64,000 bases of DNA from assembly GCF_023055435.1 (NCBI RefSeq), contig NW_025963782.1:1-64000 (forward strand). The letters are read 5' to 3'. Made by a program: the position numbers and the translations under genes. Under the pieces are notes generated by a model that worked only from the letters and a program-made list of their open reading frames with translations, was not told the DNA's origin and made no database searches. The DNA is from Haliotis rufescens (lineage: Eukaryota). Positions 37,140-48,415 of this stretch are shown one piece after another; positions within the stretch are counted from its first letter, which is position 1, and each line of letters opens with the position of its first letter.

Positions 37140-38704
37140 TCACGGAATCAAACACATTACATTGTAACTATACTTCATTGTCTTCAGGTTGAAATGTACG
37201 TCGTTTTCCAGGTATATGACATCAATATTCTTTCCACTTATGTACAGGCTGTTGTTGTAGTAGACAAGGCTTCTAATGCTATCCCTGAAATCCAACATTT
37301 CCGTTGTAGTATTAGTTGATAAAGATCGTTTTATCACCTTCTTGTTGTCGCTGAAATATAGGACATTGTGAATAGTGTCAATAGTAACAGCAGAAACGTA
37401 ACGTGTCATATCTATCTGATGCAGCCTATTCCCATTATAGTCAACAGACCACAACCCATCATCAGTTTTACAGAAATAGATCATCTTCTTCCTGGAGTCT
37501 ACAGCAATGCCATTGGGAATGCCCGCTCCGCGATAATGCAAGTCCACAATGCCCCGAAAGTTTCTCCCAAATGTTGACATACGACTGATTGTCCACGTAG
37601 GATGGTATGTGGTAAGGAAGATGAGTCGTCTGTCAACATCGACTGTCATTCCGTACGATTGGATTCCCTCTCGTAGTGTTGTGACACCCGACACGTCCAG
37701 CCTTGAGGAGAAGATGCCTGGTGATGACATTCTACTGAATATCAGTCTCCTGGACACAGGCTCGTATGTTACAGCCTCAATGTATTTTGTGTAAAGATAA
37801 GGATACGTCTTTATGTCGTTTTTATCTATGGTAATCTGATGGGGATGTTGTGAGGAGACAGAGCCATATCGTACAACCAATATTCTCCTCTTGTCTTGAA
37901 ACTGTCGTGTTGTAGGTGTTGTAGCCACTGACCAGATGGAGTCGTGGGTGAGTAATGTGGTATTGGTTGTGTACTGTCAGCAATGGTCTGAAGGTCACGT
38001 GTCTTGTTGACGTAATTCAGATGAAAGTCTCCCAATGTCTGCACATCTTCTGCATGACTAGCGTTTATCACAATTAAGTCATTTCTCAAACGTACGTTCT
38101 GTTTTACAAGGGTCTCAACTGTTCGTTGGGTTTCATTAATCTGTGCTTGCACGTCAGCACTCTGTCGTATGACGATTAACACGTCATCTTTAAGTAAACT
38201 CACATCCTTTTCAACATGGGTCACGTGATGACGTGTCAGGTTCAACTCTTTCTTTAGTTCACTCACCTGCTGTTCACATGCATCTTTGTCTTTCACAGTG
38301 TCCGGTGGTTGTCGTGTTTTAGTCTGTCCGACCTCCCTCAACTGTCTTGTGAGGCTCAGTGTCTGTCGCTTCATCTGCTGATATCCACGCTTGAGGTGTC
38401 TAATCTGGGACATCACGTGAATGTTTACCGTGGCATCCAACGACTCTATTTGACTACGTATATAGGAAGGTACAATCTTCTCCGTCAAATCCGATCTCAG
38501 CAGTAACTCCAAAATGTCCATCTTGTTTATGACTCTCGTCTCCATTCCTGGAACGTCAGATTTCAAGTGGTTCAATTCCACTTTCAGATGGTTAATTTCT
38601 TTCTCAAGCAAACTCATCTGATTGACAACTGCTGCGATATGTTCGTGTCCATGAACCACAGATGAGGCTGCTACAAGCAGCACCAACACACACAAACTCG
38701 CCAT
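37140..38704 (-). pseudogene. Coiled-coil plus beta-propeller gene, copy 1, frameshifted in the linker
   Basis: Relative to copy 2, 13 nt (agtgaagggacgt on +) are missing at about 37931. This splits the gene into ORF 37826-38704 (signal peptide plus coiled coil) and ORF 37140-37928 (propeller). Both halves are otherwise open. Confidence 0.8.
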
Positions 38705-38967
38705 GTCAGATGGTAATTGTATAACTGTGTCAGAGTCGTGTAATCCAGAGCTAGGCGTCACGTGACTATCGCATTACATCTAACCTGGCAGCGGGCCAAA
38801 CGGAAACACTTGAATCTAACATGGCAACAGTCTCAGAGCAGTGTTCACTTGAGTTTCCCATCACGGGACCACACGGGTAGTATCCATGAAGTCAGCTCAC
38901 TGCCATTTTATCAATCAGTGGTGGGTGTACGGGATCGATCGATCCAATAACATGTTCATCTCAATGT

Positions 38968-39240
38968 ACCAAAAGACGTTAAAAGATGGTACTTGTTGTT
39001 AACCTGTCTGGCGCTCGGCATTAAGAGGCTAGAACAAGGACTGGTCGGTCGGAGTCAGTATACTGTGTCTGAGTGGGATATTCATGTTAAACTGCGGCAT
39101 GGTATCTCAGTGTGCTAGCACTATAAATCGGCATCAGTCCGGACTAGTACAAGCAGCCACACACACACACACGTGTATGCACGTCGCTATATAAGCGCCA
39201 TAATCTTGGACGCGACGTTAAACCCCATTTCACCTCACCT
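38968..39240 (+). mobile_element. 5'-truncated family B SINE upstream of propeller gene copy 1
   Basis: TSD tcatctcaatgt on both sides. The site is empty in copies 2 and 3 (about 47725 and 57724). Confidence 0.9.
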
Positions 39241-40341
39241 CATCTCAATGTGTGACCTGACAAATTTAAAGTTGATAATTTCATAACTTTAATGATAGCA
39301 CATGTTCTACAAATGCATGTATGTACGGATTTCAAGTTAAATAATACATAATATTACATAACTTCATTTGTTTAAAGTACTTAGTCATTTCACATTATAT
39401 CAGGAAATATAAAACTTCTAACACATGAGTATGTGAGTTGTTTAATCTACAATGTCACCAGAGGACGGGCCAGCGAAACGGGTTCAGTGTCAATTCCGAA
39501 ATACGTGAGTCCACTAAGTTTTCATCTTCGCATAATTTCAGAGACATGTGCATTTTCAAAACTAGCCTGTTACTGACAGGTTGCATGAAAAAAATTCTTG
39601 GAACAAAACCTTAGAATTAAACTATATTTTGTTTTAAAAACAAACTGTTATGACACGCTTCTTTTCAGTGGTGCTACACCCTTCATTGGCAGCTCACTAA
39701 CACCGCTACCAATCAATCAATCAATCACATTATTTCTTTTCAAAAACGGAGGCACGGGTGGCCAAGTCGTGTAAGGCGCCGCGATTCGCCATGCAGAGTT
39801 GCGTCACTTGGGCACATCAGATACCTATGATTGTGGGTTCGAATCCCGGTTTGCCCCGATTATGTTTCTAAGTTTGTCAGCACCATACCCATACCCCTGC
39901 TCGTGGGTTTCACCGAACTGGTAAGCGTCTGAGACCTGCATCACTTCGGGCTTTCCTCCCACATTAAGCTGACATGCCGCGATATAACCGGAATACTGTT
40001 AAAAGCGACGTTAAACCCAATTCACTCACTCTTTGAGGTGGTACAGGAGAAAAGGTTCTTTACATGATAATAATTTATGTTTAACAAGATGTCGGTTATG
40101 CTGTACAATCATTAGGTAACAGATTCAGCACACACATTAATACACTCATATCCAAGGTACTTTTTGCAAAGTATTTGATGATTTTTGCAAGGTTCTTGAT
40201 TTCTTTACATTTCTGGTACAAAACATTTCATGATGCTTGGAAATATATCTGAGATAAATTAGGATTTTGGTTCATGGAAAGCTTCATATTTATAACATAG
40301 ACGTAAATAGTCAGAGACTGCTAGTGGTATATACTGTATAA

Positions 40342-41340
40342 ATAGAGGTTATCACGCGAGTGTGTTTGGGGATGGTAAATATCCTGCATTAGGAATAAAC
40401 ATTGTATTTAGCGAGCTAAATACATAGTGTTTATTCCTAATACAGGATATTTACCATCCCCAAACACACAAGCGTGATAACCTCTTTATCATATAATGTC
40501 ATTCTTTAATTCTGTGCTTCAAAATCGCTTTCCCTCTCTCACATACATAACCGAAACATTGCGAGTTTTTCTGGAATGCGCGCATTAATATTTATTACGT
40601 CACAGGGTAAGTGATGTGTCAGTCGGAAAGTGACAGTAGCCAATATAGTTCCAACTGAAATCTGTTTCTTATACAGTGGCGAAGCAACATATACGCAAAA
40701 CAACAATTGTTTTTAATCGCCTTTCGCGGCAATCAATCTGTCTGTCCGCTAGAGTAACTGCCCTTTGTCAAAGGGAAGCTACTCTAACCTTAGTCTATGA
40801 GACGTCACGGCCACGGTCAGTCGTTGTTGACAGTCGGTCTGTCCTGTCATAACGTTAAGAAGTGTAGTCAGATGTACACACAGCGACAAAACGAAACAAG
40901 GTAACAATTCAAACACATTTCGGACAAATCCAACTATTTTAATTTGGGGAGAAGGTTTCAAGCCGCAGAGGTCTACAAGCACTGATATGGCTACTGATCC
41001 CGCTTGGCTAGGCCTCGTGCCCTCGCAAAATGTTTCGAAATTTATATCTCTAAAGTTGCCCAAACTCATAAAATGCCTTAGTTTATCACAGTTAGAGACT
41101 GATTTCAGTATATTAGACTGTTCTTTTGATAATGATAGCAATTATCCCTGTAGTTTATCCAGATTCCCGATGGTTAATTCTGACTCGATCGCCGAATGAT
41201 GAGGGCGACGCCATGTTTGTTTATAAACAGTCCCTACTTGACCTTTGATATTTGCATCTCTATCCGCATATGACCCCAACGGATATCGTTTTTATCCGTT
41301 GGCTTTATCCTGCCGAGAAACCTACCCATTATATGATAAA
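40342..41340. mobile_element. About 1-kb non-autonomous hairpin-ended DNA element (Crypton-like or Helentron-like, unresolved)
   Basis: Palindrome of about 140 bp at 40343-40485. Internal ttatcatataatg is inverted against the terminal cattatatgataa. Independent insertion site. Confidence 0.8.
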
Positions 41341-41938
41341 ACTATATACCTTTCCTCACAGGAAAGTTAAAGATCATCTACTGACGTATTAATCAATAAA
41401 CCATTAATGCGCGACGGCGAGATAGCGTATGATAAACGGTTTGGGCAACGTTGAAACGTGTTTCAATTGCCATTATAAATCCGCATTTCGGTTATTAGTT
41501 AAACGATTGTATTTGTAAAACAAACAACATATTCAAGGTCAGAAAAATGCATGGGTGAGTGAGTGAGTTTTGGTTTAACTCCGCTTTTAACAGTATTCCA
41601 GTCATATCGAGGCGTGTCAGCTTAATGTGGGAGGAAAGCCCGACGTGATACAGGTCTCAGACGTTTACCACTTCGGTCCAAAACCACGAGCACGGGTATG
41701 GTGCTGACAAACCTAAAAACATAATCGAGGCGAACCGGGATTTCTGGCGTGCCCAAGGGACGCAACTCTGCACAGGGAATAGCGACGCCTTAGACGACTG
41801 GGCCACCCGTGCCCTCAGAAGATTGCATGGAGAAACCTCGGTGAACGATAAAAACGATATACAAGATATGAATGAACACCCTTGTCTGTGTTATTCCATC
41901 ATTGACAAAGGCCAATTGTGGCAAGCGACTGGTGTGTG

Positions 41939-41972
<34 letters not shown>

Positions 41973-43709
41973 GTGAGTGAGTGAGTATGGTTTTACGCCG
42001 CTTTTAGCAATATTCCAGCAATATCACGGCGGGGGACACCAGAAATGGGATTCACACATTGTACCCATGTCGGGAATCGAACCCGGGTCTTCGGCGTGAC
42101 GACCGAACGCTTGAACCACTCGGAGGCCTGTCAACAAACTAGAAATATAATTTTATCAAAGATTTTAAAGATCACATTGAAGATATCATTACCTATTCAT
42201 TTGTTCCTTCGTATAATGAAAATGCCTGGATAATTTACGAGGAAAATAAAAAAACCCTTCCAAATACCTATTGATTGTAAGTATATGCAAAGCCCTTGTC
42301 TTATAAAACCATAATTCATCAGGTGAATATAGGGATCGATAAATCGATTCTGTCACGACAAAGACAGTCAACTCTCCATCGTGAATTGCTCGTGGGTTCC
42401 CCAAAGATTTAGTGAACACTGAGTTTGGTGTCAATTTTGGAAATGTATAATTACTATAGTAACTGGGCCACCCGTGCCCCCCGGTTCCTCATAGAAGTAA
42501 ACGACCATAATATTATGTCCCCCATTACTCCCACAATAAGCTAACAAGCCGTGATGCAAATAACTGTTTAAACCGGCGTTAAACCCAATATGCAATCCGA
42601 CTAAGAATCGGCAGTCAGGTGACTACACGCGGCTATATTTTGCAGCGTGTTCAGTGTACGTACATTACCAGCACGAATCGGGAAGAAAAGTGTGTGCAGA
42701 TGTAGTATTTAAAAAACCTCCGACCAAGATCACTGCTAAATATGACCGCTTGCTGTCACCTGACCATGGAGCCTTACCCGGATTGTAACCACGTGATCAA
42801 AAGGAAGTTTATCCCAACTTGGCTTGTTTCCATTTTATAAGTTACAAATCAGAAGCCATCAGTAGAAAGTTCTTAGAACTGATTACAAATCATCTGCTTT
42901 GTTTATTTGTTGTTTAACGCCACACTCAGATATAAACATACCATATGACGCCGGTCTGTAAATAAATCAAGTCTGGACCAGACAATCCAGTGACTAACAC
43001 CATGAACATCGACATGCATCAACCAAGTCAGCGAGCCTGACAATCCGATCCCTTCAGTCGCCTCTTACGACAAGCATTCTTGCTCAAGGCCTATTCTAAC
43101 CCGGATCTTCAGCTGACCTACATTATAAGTATCAGCACAAAGGCTTCCCTCGTCGCTTATTGATCATCGCGATATTTCGTGATTCTAACATTCGGGATTC
43201 CTTAACATGAGCACCTTGTCTGTTATTTACGTGCAATATGTCATGATTATTCAGAACAAACACCATAACCCCATAACAAAGTCCCCGTTGATCATGGTCT
43301 CCGTGATATCCTGAAATGTCCAGAAGATGTGACCCATTGCAAACGAACTGGTCAGGTTTAAAACGGGGAAGGATCTCCGTTCTTTAATGAGGTCGATTTT
43401 TGGGTGCGGTTGGTTTAAACGCGGCTGTGAACAATATTTCAAATATAGCCATTTCATTTTCAAGAAGGTAGGGTGTGTGTGGGGAGTTCTAATGTAATAA
43501 TCAAGCCCTTATTTTACCGAAAATATGTTATGTGCCCTTTTCTTGTATTAACGTATCGAGAAGTCAGTGTATTGGAAAGAGTACTTGAGCTCCTAAACAT
43601 TAAACAAAATGATGGTCGTTTATCGTTTCGTTCTCCCGCAATTTGCAAATTATCATTCTCATTCTGTATCAGCAATCATCCTCTTTTCCGGATCGCGTGG
43701 CGTGACGCA

Positions 43710-45556
43710 GCAGGTTCAACCGCCACCTCAGAGAGACCAGGTTCCCTCGCCATCTCAAGGAGCACAGATTCCCCCGCCGCTCCAGGGACTGCAGGTTCCC
43801 CTGCGACCTTAGGGAGCCCAGGTTCCCCTGCCAAACTAGGGAGCCCAGGTTTCCCCGCCACCTCAGGGAAGCCAAGGTTCCCCCGACAACTCAAGGAGCA
43901 CAGATTCCCCCGCCGCTCCAGGGACTGCGAGTCCCCTGCGACCTCAGGGAGCCCAGGTTCCCTCGCCAAACTAGGGAGTCCATGTTCCCGGCCACCCAAG
44001 GGACCACCGATTCCAACGCCATCCCAGGGAGTCCAGATTCCCCCGCCACCCAAGGGAGCCAAGGTTTCCCCGCCACCCAAGGGAGCCCAGGTTCCCCCGG
44101 CACCACAGGGAGCCCAGGTCCCCCGCCACCCAAGGGAGCCCAGGTTTCCCCGCCACCTCAGGGAAGCCAAGGTTCCCCCGCCGCCCCAGCTTCCCCCGCT
44201 AACTCAGGGAGCCCAGGTTCACCCGCCACCCCAGGTACCCCAGGCACCCCAGGTTCACCCCCCTGCTCGGGCACCCCAGGTTCACCCGCCTCCCCAGGTT
44301 CACCCGCCACCCCAGGCACCCCAGGTTCACCCACCACCCCAGGCACCCCAGGTTCACCCGCCTCCCCAGGTTCACCCGCCACCCCAGGCACCCCAGGTTC
44401 ACCCGCCACCCCAGACACCCCAGGTTCACCCGCCTCCCCAGGTTCACCCGCCACCCCAGGCACCCCAGGTTCACCCACCACCCCAGGCACCCCAGGTTCA
44501 CCCGCCTCCCCAGGTTCACCCGCCACCCCAGGCACCCGAGATTCACCCGCCACCCCAGGGACCCCAGGTTCAGCCGCCTCCCCAGGCGCCCCAGGCACCC
44601 CAGGTTCACCCGCCACCCCAGGCACCCCAGGCACCCTAGGCACCCCAGGTTCACCCGCCACCCCAGGTACCCCAGGTTCAGCCGCCTCCCAAGGCGCCCC
44701 AGGCACCCCAGGTTCACCCGCCACCCCAGGCGCCCCAGGCACCCCAGGCTCACCCGCCACCCCAGGCACCCCAGGTTTACCCGCCACCTCAGGGAGCCCA
44801 GGTTCACCCGCCACCCCAGGCACCCCAGGTTCCTCCGCCACCCCAGGGAGCCCAGGTTCCCCCGCCTCCCCAGGTTCACCCGCCACCTCAGGGAACCCAG
44901 CTTTTCCCACATCCCAGGGAGCCCAGGATCCCACGCCACCTCAGGGACCCTTGGGTTCACCCGCCACCTTAGGGAGCCCATCTTTCCCCAAACCTCTTCG
45001 GGAGCCCAGCTTTCTCAGCCACCACAGGCACCCTTGGTTCACCCGCCACCTCAGGGAACCCAGGTTTTCCCACATCCCGGGGAGCCCAGGATCCCACGCC
45101 ACCTCAGGGACCCTTGGGTTCCCCCGCAACCTCAGGAAGCCCAGCTTTCTCAGCCACCTCAGTGAGCCTAGGTTCCCCCGCCACCTCAGGAAGACCAGCT
45201 TCCTCAGCCGCCCAGGCACCCCAGGTTTCCCCGCCACCTCAGGGAGCCTATACTTCCCCCGCCACCTCAGGGGGCCCAGCTTTCTCAGCCACCTCAGGGA
45301 GACCAGATTTCTCCGCCACCCAAGATTTCCCCGCCACTACAGGGAGCCCAGTTTTTTCTGCCACCCCAGCTCTCCCTGCCACCTCAGGGAGCCAAGCTTT
45401 CTCCGCCATCTCAGGGACACAAGGTTCACCCGCCACTTCAGGGTCCCTTGCTTTTGCCTCGCCACCCCAGGGAGCCCAGGTCCTGCAAGCTCCCCAGGCA
45501 AAACAGGTTCCCCCGCCACCTCAAGGATCCCAGCTTTTCCCGCCACCCCGGTTCCC
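43710..45556. repeat. Fused GC-rich repeat blocks A and B (27-bp unit with 9-bp sub-periodicity)
   Basis: 43710-44130 matches block A (50110 onward) and 44130-45556 matches block B (54090 onward). The core is built from ccaggcacc, ccaggttca and cccgccacc 9-mers. Confidence 0.9.
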
Positions 45557-45895
45557 TAACTATGGGTAATCATTCAGCAGAAGGAAATTCGGTAGACCAA
45601 TACTACAACATGCATTACACATTACATTTCAATAATCATATGACATAGATACAAACTAAGACTAAAAGTAATTCGGTTCTGGTGACAGCGGTGTTAAGGC
45701 TGCTAGGCACGAGCGCCCCCTGAAGTGTTCAACATACGTCCTACACTCTGTGTAACAGTATTATTATCAAAATAATGGTCGCTCTATCTAAAAACTTGTG
45801 GCAATCTGTGTAACTGGTTGTGAGAATATTTCCATTTTCCTACGATGTCCCTGTGCTAAAGTATCGTGTAGGAGTCTCTTTTAAGACAGATGTGA

Positions 45896-47473
45896 TCACG
45901 GAATCAAACACATTACATTGTAACTATACTTCATTGTCTTCAGGTTGAAATGTACGTCGTTTTCCAGGTATATGACATCAATATTCTTTCCACTTATGTA
46001 CAGGCTGTTGTTGTAGTAGACAAGGCTTCTTATCCTATCACTGAATTCCAACATTTCCGTTGTAGTATTAGTTGATAAAGATCGCTTTATCACCTTCTTG
46101 TTGTCGCTGAAATATAGGACATCGTGAATAGTGTCAATAGTAACAGCAATAACGTCACGTCTCATGTCTATCTGATGCAGCCTATTCCCATTATAATCAA
46201 CAGACCACAACCCATCATGATTTTTACAGAAATAGATCATCTTCTTCCTGGAGTCTACAGCAAGACCTAGGGGACTGTTTGTTCCGTGATTACGCAAGTC
46301 CACAATGCCCTGAAAGTTTCTCCCAAATGTGGACATACGACTGATTGTCTTCGTCGGAAGGTATGTAGTAAGGAAGATGAGTCGTCTGTCAACATCGACT
46401 GTCATTCCGTACGACGTGATTCCCTCTCGTAGTGTTGTGACACCCGACACGTCCAGCCTTGAAGAGAAGATGCCACGTGGTGAATTTCTACTGAAAATCA
46501 GTCTCCTGGACACAGGCTCGTATGTTACAGCCTCAACGTGTGATGTATGCAGATAAGGATACGTCTTCATGTCGTTTTTATCTATGGTAATCTGATGGGG
46601 ATGTTGTAAGGAGCCAGAGTAAAGTTGTACCACCAATATTCTCGTCTTGTCTTGAAACTGCCGTGTTGTAGGTGTTGTAGCCACTGAAGTGAAGGGACGT
46701 CCAGATGGAGTCGTGGGTGAGTAATGTGGTATTGGTTGTGTTCTGTCAGCATTGGTCTGAAGGTCACGTGTCTTGTTATCGTAATTCAGATGAAAGTCTC
46801 CTAATGTCTGCACATCTTCTGCATGACTGGCGTTAATCACAATCAAGTCATTTCTTAAACGTACATTTTGTTTTACAAGGGTCTCAACTGTTCGTTGGGT
46901 TTCATTAATCTGTGCGTGCACGTCAGCACTCTGTCGTATGGCGAGTAACACGTCATTTTTTACTAAACTCACATCCTTTTCAACATGGGTCACGTGATGG
47001 CGTGTCAGGTTCAACTCTGTCTTTAGTTCACTCACCTGCTGTTCACATGCATCTTTGTCTTTCACAGTGTCCAGTGGTTGTCTTGTTTTAGTCTGTCCGA
47101 CCTCCCTCAACTGTCTTGTGAGACTCAGTGTCTGTCGCTTCATCTGCTGATATCCACGCTTGAGGTGTCTAATCTGGGACATCACGTGACTGTTTACCGT
47201 GTCATCCAACGACTCTATTTGACTACGCATATAGGAAGGTACAATCTTCTCCGTCAAATCCGATCTCAGCAGTAACTCAAAAATGTCCATCTTATTTATG
47301 ACTCTCGTCTCCATTCCTGGAACGTCAGATTTCAAGTGGTTCAGTTCCACTTTCAGATGGTTAATTTCTTGCTCAAGCAAACTCATCTGATTGACAACTG
47401 CTGCGATATTTTCGTGTCCATGAACCACAGATGACGCTGCTACAAGCAGCACCAACACACACAAACTCGCCAT
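45896..47473 (-). CDS. Intronless secreted protein: signal peptide, coiled coil, Thr/Pro linker, degenerate YWTD/LDLR-class-B-like beta-propeller (copy 2, intact, 525 aa)
   Basis: ATG at 47473 starts MASLCVLVLLVAASSVVHG, followed by heptad-rich helices and a TTPSG...TTPTT linker. Blade repeats include AVTYEPVSRRLIFS, GMTVDVDRRLIFLT, PLGLAVDSRKKMIYFC and AVTIDTIHDVLYFSD. No transmembrane segment is visible. Confidence 0.85.
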   Translation of the reverse strand: MASLCVLVLLVAASSVVHGHENIAAVVNQMSLLEQEINHLKVELNHLKSDVPGMETRVINKMDIFELLLRSDLTEKIVPSYMRSQIESLDDTVNSHVMSQIRHLKRGYQQMKRQTLSLTRQLREVGQTKTRQPLDTVKDKDACEQQVSELKTELNLTRHHVTHVEKDVSLVKNDVLLAIRQSADVHAQINETQRTVETLVKQNVRLRNDLIVINASHAEDVQTLGDFHLNYDNKTRDLQTNADRTQPIPHYSPTTPSGRPFTSVATTPTTRQFQDKTRILVVQLYSGSLQHPHQITIDKNDMKTYPYLHTSHVEAVTYEPVSRRLIFSRNSPRGIFSSRLDVSGVTTLREGITSYGMTVDVDRRLIFLTTYLPTKTISRMSTFGRNFQGIVDLRNHGTNSPLGLAVDSRKKMIYFCKNHDGLWSVDYNGNRLHQIDMRRDVIAVTIDTIHDVLYFSDNKKVIKRSLSTNTTTEMLEFSDRIRSLVYYNNSLYISGKNIDVIYLENDVHFNLKTMKYSYNVMCLIP

Positions 47474-47525
47474 GTCAGCTGGTAATTGTATAACTGTGTC
47501 AGAGTCGTGTAGTCCGGAGCTAAGT

Positions 47526-47535
47526 GTCACGTGAC
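47526..47535. promoter_or_regulatory. Palindromic E-box GTCACGTGAC upstream of the propeller genes (also 38757-38766 and 57525-57534)
   Basis: Exact 10-bp palindrome about 53 nt upstream of the ATG in all three copies. Function is untested. Confidence 0.35.
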
Positions 47536-48168
47536 TATCGCATTACATCTAACCTGGCAGCGGGCCAAACGGAAACACTTGAATCTAACATGGCAACAGT
47601 CTCAGAGCAGTGTTCACTTGAGTTTCCCATCACGTGACTACACGGGTAATATCCATGAAGTCAGCTCACTGCCATTTGATCAATCAGTGGTGGGTGTACA
47701 GGATCGATCGATCCAATAATACATTCATCTCAATGTGTGACCTGACAAATTTAAAGTTGATAATTTCAAAACTTAGAAATACCACATGTTCTACAAATAT
47801 ATATATATATATATGTACGGATTATTAGTTAAATGATGCATACTATTACACAACTTCATTTGTTTATAGTAATTAGTCATTTCCCACTATATCAGGAAAG
47901 ATATAACTTCTAACACATGAGAGTGTGAGTTGTTTAATCTGCAATGTCACCATAGCACGGGTCAGCGAAACAGTTCAGTATCAATTAGGAAGTACGTGAC
48001 TACGTTTTCCTCTTCGCATAATTTCAGAGACATGTGTATTGACAAAACCAGCCACTTACTCACAGGTTGCATGGAAAACAATTCTTTGATCGAAACCTTA
48101 GAATTATACTATATTTTGTTTTAAAAACAAACTATTATGACACGTTCCTCTTCCTTGTCACTGGCAGC

Positions 48169-48415
48169 NNNNNNNNNNNNNNNNNNNNNNNNNNNNNNNN
48201 NNNNNNNNNNNNNNNNNNNNNNNNNNNNNNNNNNNNNNNNNNNNNNNNNNNNNNNNNNNNNNNNNNNNNNNNNNNNNNNNNNNNNNNNNNNNNNNNNNNN
48301 NNNNNNNNNNNNNNNNNNNNNNNNNNNNNNNNNNNNNNNNNNNNNNNNNNNNNNNNNNNNNNNNNNNNNNNNNNNNNNNNNNNNNNNNNNNNNNNNNNNN
48401 NNNNNNNNNNNNNNN
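48169..48415. other. Assembly gap at a (caat)n repeat
   Basis: Run of N. The paralogous position 58222-58285 is a short (caat)n tract. Confidence 1.

Noticed and set aside
44158-44934. Collagen-like Gly-X-Y ORF on the - strand (also 54199-54933)
   Set aside because: It follows from the 9-bp periodicity. There is no signal peptide, ATG context, splice sites or C-terminal collagen domain, and several other frames are equally open. Unit variation at 35.5-35.8 kb favours the + strand PRH frame. Not called a collagen gene, although stranded RNA-seq would be needed to exclude it fully.
43473-45559. Long Pro/Gln-rich and PGSPAT-rich + strand ORFs (388 and 525 aa)
   Set aside because: These are stop-poor repeat frames with non-ATG or internal starts, and the frame is not conserved between units.
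47474-47530. 19-aa N-terminal extension from a GTG start in the ORF track (also copies 1 and 3)
   Set aside because: The first ATG directly precedes a clean signal peptide, so the extension is probably 5'UTR.
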